Source: Ignavibacteria bacterium
Lineage (GTDB): Bacteria > Bacteroidota > Ignavibacteria > Kapaibacteriales > Kapaibacteriaceae
DNA length: 64,000 nt
Direction of reading: 5' to 3'
NCBI GenBank assembly: GCA_016191145.1
Contig: JACPPD010000003.1
Coordinates: 352,778 to 416,777, forward strand
The notes beneath the pieces were generated by a model. It did not search any database, was not told where the DNA came from, and saw only the letters and a program-made list of their open reading frames with translations. Numbering within the stretch: the first letter of the stretch is position 1; every line of letters begins with the position of its first letter. Position numbers and translations under genes: made by a program. Positions 51,650 to 61,308 of the stretch are shown in pieces.

Positions 51650-54600
51650 ACGGACATTCAATGCCGTTGTCAGTAGCTCTTCCTGTTCTGCTTCGTGAAT
51701 CTTGTGCGATCCGGTTGCTGGCGATGCAGCGGGCTTCCTACCTACATAATGCAGCGATTGATTAGCCGACAGTACATCTTCAATCAGTGGCTTTACAAAG
51801 AACCAGGCACCAATGTTTGCAGGCTCTTCCTGACACCACACAACTTCTGCTGCATTGGGATACCGCAGCAGGATATCCTTCAGTTTTATACTATGAAACG
51901 GATATATCTGCTCAACCCTAACAAGTGCAACTGTATCAATATTTAGTTCGCGACGTTTGCGCTCCAACTCGTGATGGATCTTACCAGTGGTGATTACGAT
52001 GCGCTGCACACTTTCAGTCGTCTGTAGTGAATCGTCGATCAACTCCTGGTAGGCCCCCTTCGTAAAGTCTGCAACAGCAGAAGAAAATATTCGCAGATAG
52101 CCTTTTGGAGTGAATACTACCAGAGGCTTCCGCCAAAGGGCTTTCACCTGCCTGCGAAGAGCGTGGAAAAAGTTTGCCGGCGAGGTAAAATTGCAGACAA
52201 TCATGTTGTCCTGTGCGCACAACTGGAGAAACCTCTCAATCCTGGCGCTGGAATGCTCGGGACCCTGCCCATCATATCCATGTGGTAACAGGAGCGTGAT
52301 GTTGGAACGCTGTCCCCACTTTACTTCCGCACTCGCAATAAACTGATCGATCACAATTTGAGCGCCATTTGCAAAATCGCCAAACTGAGCTTCCCAAATT
52401 GTGAGTCCTGCTTTTGCGATTGTGCTATATCCATATTCAAAACCTAACACAGCGTATTCACTCAAAAGTGAATCGTATATGTGCAGTTGTTTGTTATCGG
52501 TGGCAAGACGGTTTATTGGAATCATGCGTCGTTCGTTTACGATGTCTACTTGCACAGCCTGCCTGTGATTAAACGTCCCGCGCGCCGTGTCCTGTCCGGA
52601 TAGTCTTACAAGATGTCCTTCAGATATTAACGAGCCTATGGCCAATGCCTCTGCCATACCCCACTGCACTACTCCCTCGTGGTACTGACGTAGGCGTTTG
52701 TCGACCTCTGCGTTCACCTTTGGATGAATATTAAAATCTTCGGGTACTGCGCAAATTGTATTAACAATGTGCTGCACTTGTTCATCACTGATTGCTGTTT
52801 CAATGGGTTCAAAGAGGTCGAACTCGAGTTTGTCCGGCATTCCGCTTCCCTGCCATTCGCCTCTCTTATCATACGCATGTTGTAATTCAGCTAATTCCTG
52901 ATCGTGAATTTCTGCGGCCTTCTCCGGAGTAAGAATTGATTCGGCAATTAGTAAATCTGTATAGTGTTTCCGTACAGGCTGAATGTTTCGGATCTTTTTG
53001 TACAGCAGGGGCTGCGTGGCAGTTGGGTCATCCTGTTCGTTGTGACCGTATTTGCGATAGCAATACATGTCTATCACCACATCTTCGTTAAAATGTTCTC
53101 TGTAGGCATAGGCAAAAACGGCTGCAGTGCGGCATGCTTCGGGATCGTCGCCATTAACATGGAGGATGGGCACCTGCAGCATCTTACCCACGGCGGTAGC
53201 GTACTGCGTCGACCTCGAATCTTCTGGCGATGTAGTAAATCCAATCTGATTATTTATAACTAAGTGGATTGTTCCTCCCGTGGCAAAGCCCCTTAACCTT
53301 GCCATATTGAGTGTTTCCATTACAACGCCCTGTCCTGCAAAAGCTGCGTCGCCATGTAAAAGGATAGGCAGGACCTTACTATGCGATGCATCACCAATCT
53401 CATCCTCAAGCGCTCGCGCCATTCCCTCTACTACGGGATCAACCGCCTCCAGATGACTCGGGTTCGGTGCCAGAAACATCGGTATCGTTTTCTTCGACGA
53501 CGATGTGTACATACCTCTTGCTCCAAGGTGATACTTAACATCGCCGGATCCCTGGTACGAGTCGGGGTCAATTGCCCCCTCGAATTCCTTAAATAATTTT
53601 TCAAGGGGCTTAGCCATCATGTTCACCAAGACGTTGAGGCGTCCGCGGTGAGCCATACCCACAACAACAGCAGAGAGGTCGTTTTCTGCTGAATTTTCAA
53701 GTAGTTGATCGATGATTACTACAGTAGATTCTGCACCTTCAAGAGAGAACCTCTTGGAACCTAAGAACTTTGTATGCAAAAAGTGTTCGAGAAGCTCAAC
53801 TTGTGTAAGTAATTTGAAAATATTGAGTTTTCGCTCGTTACTTATAGTAAACTTCATGTGAGATCGCTCGATGTAGCTTTTCAGCCAATCGCGTTTTTCA
53901 AGGTCCTGAATATGCATCCATTCGATACCGATCTGGTCGCAGTAGGTATCGCGAAGCATGTCGATGATATCGCGGAGAGTCGCGCGTTTAACGCCCCCTA
54001 ACCCACCAGTGTCAAATTCCCTATCAAGGTCCCAAATTGTTAGGCCGTAATACGCGGGGTCGAGCTCGGGATAGTAGTAGGCTTCCAAACCAAGCGGGTT
54101 AATATCGGCCAGCACGTGCCCGCGCACGCGATACGCGTGAATCAACTGAACAACACGACCTTCTTTGTCGATGATATCTGGCTGATCCTGTGGAAGGAAC
54201 GGGTTAACACCGATTTCTCTAGCCCAGCGAATGGGTTCAAATGGAATTTCGTAGGCGGCAAAAATCTGGTCGTAAAACCGATGTTCGCCGACGATCAGTT
54301 CGTGCATGAGCTGAAGAAACTCGCCCGACTCGGCGCCCTGGATAATTCTGTGATCGTACGTCGACGTAATCGTAACAACCTTGGAAATTGCAAGCGTAGC
54401 CACTACTTCGGGCATCATCGCCTGGAACTCAGCGGGAAATTCAATAGAGCCGGTGGCGATAATCGTGCCCTGGCCTTCCATCAGGCGCGGCATCGACATC
54501 ACAGTTCCAATCGTTCCCGGATTTGTGAGCGTCACTGTTGCTCCGGTAAGATCATCAGGCGAAATTTTGTTTGTTCTGGCGCGCAGTATCAGATCGTCGT

Positions 54601-55228
54601 ATGCGCGTACAAACTCAACAAACGAAAGCTTCTGAGCGTTCTTGATGCTGGGAACAACGAGAATCCGCGTCCCATCCTTACGCGTGGTATCTACTGCAAG
54701 ACCGAGATTAACCGATGATCGCTTGACCCTTACATGAATCCCATTATGCAGACCATAAGAATTGTTAAGATTAGGCGATTTTTCCAGAGCCTTTACAATT
54801 GCCCAGGCAAGGATATGTGTAAACGAAAGTTTTTGCTGACGCCGGCGCGCCAGAAACGTGTTTGCAATCCGTCTGTTCTCTTCGAGAGCTTTTACCGGCA
54901 CCGACCGCACGCTTGTTGCCGTGGGAATCATCAGGGACTGCATCATATTCTCTGCGATGCGTCCACCCACCGATGTTAACGGCACCAGTTCATCAGCTTC
55001 ACCCACCCAGGGAAGCCGCGTGGTGCCGGTTTCCAGAACTAACGGTTCAAGATTTGGCGTCGGTGTATTTTGAAGATCCGGCAATCCGGATTTCCCCGGT
55101 TCATTTGCTACGGTAGTGTCCGGAACATAATTCCGAAGGAAGTCCCTCCACTCCGGGGAAACAGAATCAGGATCGCGCAGATAGTCGAAGTACATTTCAT
55201 CGACGTAGGCGCTATTCATCGACATCAT
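51635..55228 (-). CDS. 2-oxoglutarate dehydrogenase E1 component fused to an N-terminal E2-type acyltransferase catalytic domain (OdhA/Kgd-type)
   Basis: 1197 aa. N-terminus MMSMNSAYVDEMYFDYL, then the E2 catalytic-domain motifs SFTHILAWAIVKAL and TYDHRIIQGAESGEFL (DHRxxDG-type active site), then the full E1o ThDP-dependent region. Confidence 0.8.
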   Translation of the reverse strand: MMSMNSAYVDEMYFDYLRDPDSVSPEWRDFLRNYVPDTTVANEPGKSGLPDLQNTPTPNLEPLVLETGTTRLPWVGEADELVPLTSVGGRIAENMMQSLMIPTATSVRSVPVKALEENRRIANTFLARRRQQKLSFTHILAWAIVKALEKSPNLNNSYGLHNGIHVRVKRSSVNLGLAVDTTRKDGTRILVVPSIKNAQKLSFVEFVRAYDDLILRARTNKISPDDLTGATVTLTNPGTIGTVMSMPRLMEGQGTIIATGSIEFPAEFQAMMPEVVATLAISKVVTITSTYDHRIIQGAESGEFLQLMHELIVGEHRFYDQIFAAYEIPFEPIRWAREIGVNPFLPQDQPDIIDKEGRVVQLIHAYRVRGHVLADINPLGLEAYYYPELDPAYYGLTIWDLDREFDTGGLGGVKRATLRDIIDMLRDTYCDQIGIEWMHIQDLEKRDWLKSYIERSHMKFTISNERKLNIFKLLTQVELLEHFLHTKFLGSKRFSLEGAESTVVIIDQLLENSAENDLSAVVVGMAHRGRLNVLVNMMAKPLEKLFKEFEGAIDPDSYQGSGDVKYHLGARGMYTSSSKKTIPMFLAPNPSHLEAVDPVVEGMARALEDEIGDASHSKVLPILLHGDAAFAGQGVVMETLNMARLRGFATGGTIHLVINNQIGFTTSPEDSRSTQYATAVGKMLQVPILHVNGDDPEACRTAAVFAYAYREHFNEDVVIDMYCYRKYGHNEQDDPTATQPLLYKKIRNIQPVRKHYTDLLIAESILTPEKAAEIHDQELAELQHAYDKRGEWQGSGMPDKLEFDLFEPIETAISDEQVQHIVNTICAVPEDFNIHPKVNAEVDKRLRQYHEGVVQWGMAEALAIGSLISEGHLVRLSGQDTARGTFNHRQAVQVDIVNERRMIPINRLATDNKQLHIYDSLLSEYAVLGFEYGYSTIAKAGLTIWEAQFGDFANGAQIVIDQFIASAEVKWGQRSNITLLLPHGYDGQGPEHSSARIERFLQLCAQDNMIVCNFTSPANFFHALRRQVKALWRKPLVVFTPKGYLRIFSSAVADFTKGAYQELIDDSLQTTESVQRIVITTGKIHHELERKRRELNIDTVALVRVEQIYPFHSIKLKDILLRYPNAAEVVWCQEEPANIGAWFFVKPLIEDVLSANQSLHYVGRKPAASPATGSHKIHEAEQEELLTTALNVRSILA

Positions 55229-55294
55229 GGGTAGGGAGTCCTAGCTCGAGTGACAAGGGAAGCAAAACTACGCTAATACAAACTTTACACATTT

Positions 55295-55334
55295 ATCACC
55301 ATGCCGGGTATCAAGAGATACCCGGCATGGTGAT
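55295..55334. other. Perfect 18-bp inverted repeat (hairpin) with 4-nt loop; T-run follows on + strand
   Basis: ATCACCATGCCGGGTATC-aaga-GATACCCGGCATGGTGAT, followed by ttcgagtagtgTTTTTTT. It lies in the 121-bp gap between the sucA/odhA start and the pgeF stop. Confidence 0.6.
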
Positions 55335-55349
55335 TCGAGTAGTGTTTTT

Positions 55350-56135
55350 TTATTTCATTTGAATAACTACCAATCCCCTGCCCGCTGCCTCTCCATCCCT
55401 GCGATACGAGTGAAACCGAGTGTCCGTCATCGTGCATGCCGGATCTTCAGCAATGTTTCCCAAAGGCACTCCCGCTGCCTGCGCCTGTTCCCTCAATGCC
55501 ATCGCGTTGTCGAAAAACCATTTATCAGGTGTCTGTTTGTGCGGTATGCAGTAAGGGGCATGTACATCGTAAACATCCCTGCCAACCTCATAGTGCGCTG
55601 CTTTGGCGTGAGGCGATAGCCAAACACGCAGATGCTGGCTGTCGGTTCCATACGACATCTGCATCGCCCTGATGGTTTTACCCAATACGTCTATTGCTGT
55701 ACCACGCCATCCGCTGTGGACAGCACCGATGGCGTTGTGTGCGGCATCCCACAAGAGGATTCCTGCACAGTCGGCAACCTTGACGCCAATAACAATACCC
55801 GGAAGATTTGTAATGAGGGCGTCGCCCTGAATTTGTAGTTGCGGAAAATCTGAATCGGAATTCTGTGTGTTGAGCAATAACCACGATCTGTCGATGCGGT
55901 GGACAGCGTCGCCGTGAACCTGATGGAGAGTGATAATGCTCCGGTGATTAACGTTGAGTGTTGTACAAATAAGATGATATGCTTCGTTCAGCGATGTATC
56001 CGTCGTCGTCATCCCGCTGACTATCCGCTGATCATCAAACGCATGGTGGAGAGCCGACATTTCCAACAAAAATGGGAAGCGCCACGATAACAGCGCATCC
56101 CATTTTTTTTTGTTAAGACGGTTGTTACCGCGCAA
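55350..56135 (-). CDS. YfiH/PgeF (DUF152) laccase-domain peptidoglycan-editing protein
   Basis: HSGWRGT motif, conserved His/Cys pattern, ~250 aa. Confidence 0.7.
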   Translation of the reverse strand: MRGNNRLNKKKWDALLSWRFPFLLEMSALHHAFDDQRIVSGMTTTDTSLNEAYHLICTTLNVNHRSIITLHQVHGDAVHRIDRSWLLLNTQNSDSDFPQLQIQGDALITNLPGIVIGVKVADCAGILLWDAAHNAIGAVHSGWRGTAIDVLGKTIRAMQMSYGTDSQHLRVWLSPHAKAAHYEVGRDVYDVHAPYCIPHKQTPDKWFFDNAMALREQAQAAGVPLGNIAEDPACTMTDTRFHSYRRDGEAAGRGLVVIQMK

Positions 56136-56244
56136 TCACTAATTTCTGCCGGGAATTTATTTCGCCATCAGTGGTTTTGATGGTTACTGTGTAGGTTTCG
56201 TTAGGCATCAATGCAGTGTTTAAACGTATCCCTTCACTCAGCTG

Positions 56245-57813
56245 CTATTTCCGCGGTTCAATCTCTCTCGAACGCACAAATACCACGCCATTTCGCATAC
56301 GCAACTGCACTTCACGCTGCTCCGTTGGGCTGGCTACATACATCTGAAGGCCGCTGTGCGTGGGCGAAATCACAAGCTGGTTGACTCTTGGCTGAGCGAT
56401 TAGTATGGCAAATGCCATCAGCGCTGAAGATATTGTAACCTTTGATAGTATCGCTCTAAAAGTGACTGAATGAGAAATCCACAGAATTGAAAGCATTGTC
56501 CCGATGGCCATTAGCACTGCCGTCGGCTGCGTTAGCTCTGGAGTAATGCTCGACGCTGCTTCCACCACCTTGACTGCCGCACGAATGATGGTGTCGGGCA
56601 AGAAGGCAACTGCCTGCAGAGTAAAGAAGCTGGGCAATGCTGTACACAAAATGACTGCAATTATTCCAAGGATTAGCGCCGCAGAAAATAGCGGGACAAC
56701 GATGCAGTTGGTAAGGGGCGAGTATATCGGGGCCTGACCATAGAGCAGTGCTGCCGGGAGTGCAACACCTGCTGTTGCAGAGAGGTTAATTGACAACATA
56801 TTTACTAATCCCCTCTTCCACCGCGTCCTGTGTTCGAGACATGCAATCAATACTCTTCGCAAATCGAAACCGAGTGTGAGGATAGAAAATGTGGCACACG
56901 TCGAGAGAATGAAACCATGATTGAACACCATTGTAGGTTCAATGAGGACTTGAATGAGGACGCTTCCGCCCAATAAATTCAGAACATCTACATCGCGTTG
57001 GAGAACTCTTCCTAAAAGACCCGCAATGCACATAATGCCGGCTCTGACTGCAGGAGGCTCTGCGCCGGTAATAATAACGTAAACAACGATAATACACGAA
57101 ATGATAATGAGACTGACCGGATTCCTTGGTCTGCCACCCGAAAGTACCAGTAGCAGCCCAACGATGAGTGTAACGTGCATTCCACTCACGGCCAGGATGT
57201 GCGATGTGCCAGAATTTGAAAAAGTAATTCTGGTTTCTTTTTCGAGATGCTGTGTGTTGCCTACAAGCAGTGCGTGCATGTATGCAGCTACGTCGGGTGA
57301 GAACGTTGCGTCGATGCGTTCCGATACTGCTGAGCGGATTACTTCTAGCAAATACCTGGGCTGCGTTGGACCCTCCAGAACACGCATATCGCGTACGTCG
57401 CACGTGCCGATGAACACGATTCTGTGTGACTGCGCATAGAAAACTTCATCGAATTGACCGTGATACCATGTCTCTGTAGGCCTGTGAACCGTTCCAAACG
57501 CAACAATCCTGCTTCCGGTTAGCTGAGTTAACATTGCTGAATCGCGGTCAGCAGATGCGAGCACGGTGAGCTTTACACGACCATACACACATGGTAAGTT
57601 TTTGCAATCGATTTCACCGTTAACAATTAGCGTCTTACCGACGATCGATTCAATGTACCCGCTGATACGCGAGCGCTGAGGCTCAATGAACCACTCTGGT
57701 GCACCCGATACCACATCGAGCATCCTTGGGTCTGCAGGAAACCCAAGCCAGTAACTGAAGACTTCGATAGCCAGTACGATAATCGCAAACCGCAGTAGTG
57801 GTCTTCTTCTCAT
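56245..57813 (-). CDS. comEC: ComEC/Rec2 family competence membrane protein (no metallo-beta-lactamase domain)
   Basis: ILAVSGMHVTLIVGLL competence-domain motif, an N-terminal DUF4131-like region and multiple TM helices. At 522 aa it has the competence domain only. Confidence 0.7.
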   Translation of the reverse strand: MRRRPLLRFAIIVLAIEVFSYWLGFPADPRMLDVVSGAPEWFIEPQRSRISGYIESIVGKTLIVNGEIDCKNLPCVYGRVKLTVLASADRDSAMLTQLTGSRIVAFGTVHRPTETWYHGQFDEVFYAQSHRIVFIGTCDVRDMRVLEGPTQPRYLLEVIRSAVSERIDATFSPDVAAYMHALLVGNTQHLEKETRITFSNSGTSHILAVSGMHVTLIVGLLLVLSGGRPRNPVSLIIISCIIVVYVIITGAEPPAVRAGIMCIAGLLGRVLQRDVDVLNLLGGSVLIQVLIEPTMVFNHGFILSTCATFSILTLGFDLRRVLIACLEHRTRWKRGLVNMLSINLSATAGVALPAALLYGQAPIYSPLTNCIVVPLFSAALILGIIAVILCTALPSFFTLQAVAFLPDTIIRAAVKVVEAASSITPELTQPTAVLMAIGTMLSILWISHSVTFRAILSKVTISSALMAFAILIAQPRVNQLVISPTHSGLQMYVASPTEQREVQLRMRNGVVFVRSREIEPRK

Positions 57814-57896
57814 TCACTTATTCATGTGAATAAAAAAATGGGTGCGGGATGATAAACAGAAAAAACTGACGCCAATCATGCCGTAACTTTCATAGT

Positions 57897-57924
57897 GTGT
57901 CACAAAAACTATAGTGCGTGACAC
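57897..57924. promoter_or_regulatory. Inverted repeat GTGTCAC-N14-GTGACAC (with embedded ATAGTG direct repeats) ~46 nt upstream of recA
   Basis: Read directly from the comEC/recA divergent intergenic region. It is a candidate operator. Confidence 0.35.
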
Positions 57925-57969
57925 ATGCCCCCTGCAATGAATAGTCACTCTTAATCAAAGAACAAAAAG

Positions 57970-59100
57970 ATGAGCGCAGAAATGGGAAATGCCTTGAAGT
58001 CTGAAGGCAGCAGCAAGGCCGACGTCAGGAAGGCTGAAGGCAAGAAGACAGATGGTGGCCTCTCAGAAAATAGGCCGACTGAAGCCAAGCTGAAAGCGGC
58101 ACAGATGGCAATCGACCAAATTGAAAAGCAGTTTGGCAAGGGGTCCATAATGCGACTGAGCGACCAGAACGTGGTGCAGGTAGATGCCATCAGTACTGGA
58201 TGCCTGTCGCTGGATGCTGCTATTGGGATAGGGGGCGTACCACGCGGACGCATCGTTGAGATTTACGGACCTGAGTCGTCGGGTAAGACCACTGTCTGTT
58301 TACAGGTCATCTCAGAAGCACAAAAGACTGGCGGACTTGCCGCCTTCGTTGATACCGAACATGCCCTTGATGTTCAGTATGCACAGCGCCTTGGCGTCGA
58401 CCTCAACAACCTCCTGCTTTCGCAGCCCGAATTTGGCGAGCAGGCGTTGGAAATTGTGGAAACGCTTGTGAGGAGCGGCGCGTTAGACGTAATCGTTATC
58501 GACTCGGTTGCTGCGCTTACACCGCGCGTTGAAATTGAAGGCGATATGGGCGATGCTCAAATGGGATCGCAGGCACGCCTGATGAGTCAGGCCATGAGGA
58601 AGTTGAATGCAGCAATTGGCAGATCCAACACCACGGTCATCTTTACAAACCAACTTCGATCGAAGATCGGAGTGGTTTACGGCAATCCCGAAACAACTAC
58701 GGGCGGCAATGCGCTGAAATATTATGCATCAGTTCGCATCGATGTCCGCCGCAAAGATGTCATCAAAGATGGTCAGGACATTGTTGGAAACCGCGTGCGC
58801 GCCAAGGTTGTGAAAAACAAGGTGGCGCCTCCATTCAAAGAAGCCGAATTTGACATCATGTACAACGAGGGCATCTCGCGTCTTGGCGATATGATAGACG
58901 TTGCCGTCGAAAGCGGAATCATCGCCAAGTCGGGATCGTGGTTCACGTTTAACGAAGAGCGCATACAAGGACGCGATGGGATGCGCAAACTTCTAACCGA
59001 TGATGCTACCCTTCGCCGATCACTGGAAACGGCCGTTAGAGAGTTCTTAAAACTGCCGGCAGCGGCAACGTCTAACCAAAACGGAAACGGTAAGAAGTAA
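57970..59100 (+). CDS. recA: Recombinase RecA
   Basis: [26 protein letters not shown] (Walker A), IDSVAAL and loops L1/L2. There is an unusually long Lys/Glu-rich N-terminal extension of ~45 aa if the first Met is used. Confidence 0.9.
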   Translation: MSAEMGNALKSEGSSKADVRKAEGKKTDGGLSENRPTEAKLKAAQMAIDQIEKQFGKGSIMRLSDQNVVQVDAISTGCLSLDAAIGIGGVPRGRIVEIYGPESSGKTTVCLQVISEAQKTGGLAAFVDTEHALDVQYAQRLGVDLNNLLLSQPEFGEQALEIVETLVRSGALDVIVIDSVAALTPRVEIEGDMGDAQMGSQARLMSQAMRKLNAAIGRSNTTVIFTNQLRSKIGVVYGNPETTTGGNALKYYASVRIDVRRKDVIKDGQDIVGNRVRAKVVKNKVAPPFKEAEFDIMYNEGISRLGDMIDVAVESGIIAKSGSWFTFNEERIQGRDGMRKLLTDDATLRRSLETAVREFLKLPAAATSNQNGNGKK

Positions 59101-59136
59101 TCGGTATCGCATTCTTATTGCTTTCGACTAAACACA

Positions 59137-61308
59137 GTGCCTACAATCACAGCCATCAAGCGAACTGTGCGTGATGCAAATCGGTGCAGTGTGTTTGTCG
59201 ATGATCAGTTCTTTGTTGCAGTCTCGGTAGATGTAGTTGCTGCACTCGGCCTGCGCATCGGATTGGAGCTTTCTGCCGAATTATCTCATAATCTAACTGC
59301 AAAAGAACGGGAACTGATTCTGAGGCAAAAATCATATCATTTTGCTTCATACAAACCCCGTAGCGAAAGGCATGTACGCGAGTTCCTGATAAAAAAGCAC
59401 AATGCAACGAATGAAGAAGCTGATGGAATTATTGAATGGCTGAAATCGTTCAATATTGTTAACGATGTAGAGTTTGCACAACGCTTCCTGGATGCCGCAC
59501 GCTCCCGAAAGCCCCTTTCAAGAATTGCTGCACAACAAAAACTGCTTGTAAAAGGAATCCCACCGTCAATCGTCGAAGAAGCCCTGATTACTATGTATGA
59601 CGATGACGAAGAATTCTCCGCAGCTTTCTCTGTTGCGCAAAAAAAACTGAAATCACTCAGCAGTGATTCACAAATCGTTTCACAGCGCTTATCCCGCTTC
59701 CTCCAGGGACGCGGATATCGGTGGGAAACTGTAAAGCGCGTTCTGCAATCACTAAACCTCCAGGCGCTCTTCCTAACACTTCTTGCCTCGACTTTTCTTC
59801 CGCTCTCCGCCGTTTCACGTCCAGATTCTACATGTATCAAAATCCGTCTGCCAGAAAACGTAAACCGTTTCCAGCCCGTAACGCAGCCCGTGATTGCTCC
59901 GGATGGATCGTTGTATCTCGACAGGAAGCTGCATCCTGATAACAGCGAAGGACCTAATGATCCCGATGAAGTATGTATTTGCCCGCTTCAGGGCAACAAC
60001 CTATGGGGTGAGCCAACACTTGCTAAGTTTACAATCTTTAAGCGGCCCGATGTCTTGTTCAACTTTACCACGGATGGACTGTCGGCACTCGTTGTAGGAC
60101 CGTACTCTCGTTCATCGCCATCAAAGAAGAGCTTTGCAATCATTCATCGTAAGTCTGTAACAAGCCCGTTTACCGATGTTAAACCTATTGAGCTTCCCGG
60201 CATAGATTCACTTGGACGAAATTTTTACGGCTACCTTACCGACGACAGAAAAATGTTGATACTGGCACTGGATTTGGAAGGGGGCGTGGGAGACCTTGAC
60301 TTGTATGTATCTAATGCCGACCTTAACGGGTGGACAAAACCTGTTCTTCTTTCGCCAAACATCAACACACAGTCGTTCGAAGGAGCTCCGTGGTTGAGTC
60401 ACGACGGAGTTACATTGTATTACTCCAGTAGCGGCCATACTGAAAGGCGCGGCAAGGCCGATCTCTTCATGGTCCGCTTCCGTCCGGGCTCCCTGAGGAC
60501 GGGATCGGGACGTTTTGTGATCGATTATGGGCCCGTGAATTTGGGGTCGTGCATCAACACCGTCGAAGACGAAACATCGATAACACTGCGTGGAAGAGGC
60601 GATACTGTATTGCTTACTTCGTGGGACGAAGTAAGCGCGCGGCCTGGCATTTATACGGCAGTGCTTAACAAAGAAACAAGACCGTTGCCATGGTGCAGGT
60701 TCACAGGAACCATTACTGATGCGATTACAGGCACTATAGTAAAAAGTGCAACAATACGCATTTACGACACTGTTGCAGCAAATCAATTCTACGAAGCCGA
60801 GTATCACACCGACACTGCCACCGGTTTGTTTTCGATAGCGCTGCCGTCTAACCGAAAGGTTCAGGTAATTACTACTGCCGACGGCTATGTATCGCATAAG
60901 CAGATCATCGGCGTAGGAGTTCTCGATTCCGCAGTGACGCTGCATCTTACTACGGAGTTATTCAGCGTCAAGAAGCCCCTTTACTCAATATTTTTTGAAA
61001 GGGGCCAGTATATCGTGTCTGAAGAGCAAGCGCGCGGCATTGCTGAGTTTGCAAAGAAATACGATGTACGTCAAATTGCGTTTGAAGTGAGCGGTTATAC
61101 AGACAGACTTGGCACAACACCGTTCAACCAAACGCTGTCGTGGAAGCGTGCGCAGGCTGTAAGGGAATTAATCGTTGAATCGGGGATCTATCCCGGGCGC
61201 GTTGCCGCTACAGGAAGGGGCATAGAGGAATCTATCAACGAAGGTGCCGAGTCCGAGAACCCTCAAAGCAGACGCGTAGATGTGTTCGCCGCCGAGCCAT
61301 CACAATGA
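59137..61308 (+). CDS. RecX-like regulatory domain fused in-frame to TM segment + PD40 (TolB-like) repeats + CarboxypepD_reg-like + OmpA C-terminal domain
   Basis: The N-terminal ~205 aa are RecX-like (three helical repeats, ...GYRWETVKRVLQSL). Then comes the hydrophobic LQALFLTLLASTFLPLSAVS. PD40-type motifs follow (WLSHDGVTLYYSS, GKADLFM), then TGTITDAITGTIVKSATIRIYD. The C-terminal OmpA domain reads FERGQYIVSEE...VSGYTDRLGTTPFNQTLSWKRAQAV...RRVDV. Confidence 0.7.
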   Translation: MPTITAIKRTVRDANRCSVFVDDQFFVAVSVDVVAALGLRIGLELSAELSHNLTAKERELILRQKSYHFASYKPRSERHVREFLIKKHNATNEEADGIIEWLKSFNIVNDVEFAQRFLDAARSRKPLSRIAAQQKLLVKGIPPSIVEEALITMYDDDEEFSAAFSVAQKKLKSLSSDSQIVSQRLSRFLQGRGYRWETVKRVLQSLNLQALFLTLLASTFLPLSAVSRPDSTCIKIRLPENVNRFQPVTQPVIAPDGSLYLDRKLHPDNSEGPNDPDEVCICPLQGNNLWGEPTLAKFTIFKRPDVLFNFTTDGLSALVVGPYSRSSPSKKSFAIIHRKSVTSPFTDVKPIELPGIDSLGRNFYGYLTDDRKMLILALDLEGGVGDLDLYVSNADLNGWTKPVLLSPNINTQSFEGAPWLSHDGVTLYYSSSGHTERRGKADLFMVRFRPGSLRTGSGRFVIDYGPVNLGSCINTVEDETSITLRGRGDTVLLTSWDEVSARPGIYTAVLNKETRPLPWCRFTGTITDAITGTIVKSATIRIYDTVAANQFYEAEYHTDTATGLFSIALPSNRKVQVITTADGYVSHKQIIGVGVLDSAVTLHLTTELFSVKKPLYSIFFERGQYIVSEEQARGIAEFAKKYDVRQIAFEVSGYTDRLGTTPFNQTLSWKRAQAVRELIVESGIYPGRVAATGRGIEESINEGAESENPQSRRVDVFAAEPSQ

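Noticed and set aside
55229-55349. Small RNA gene (e.g. 6S/SRP) in the sucA-pgeF gap
   Set aside because: At ~120 bp it is too short, and beyond the single palindrome it lacks recognisable conserved structure.
57970-58104. Possible separate small gene encoded by the Lys/Glu-rich N-terminal extension of recA
   Set aside because: It is in the same frame and continuous with RecA, so it is more simply an N-terminal extension or start-site ambiguity. The true start may be a downstream Met. Not enough evidence for a distinct feature.
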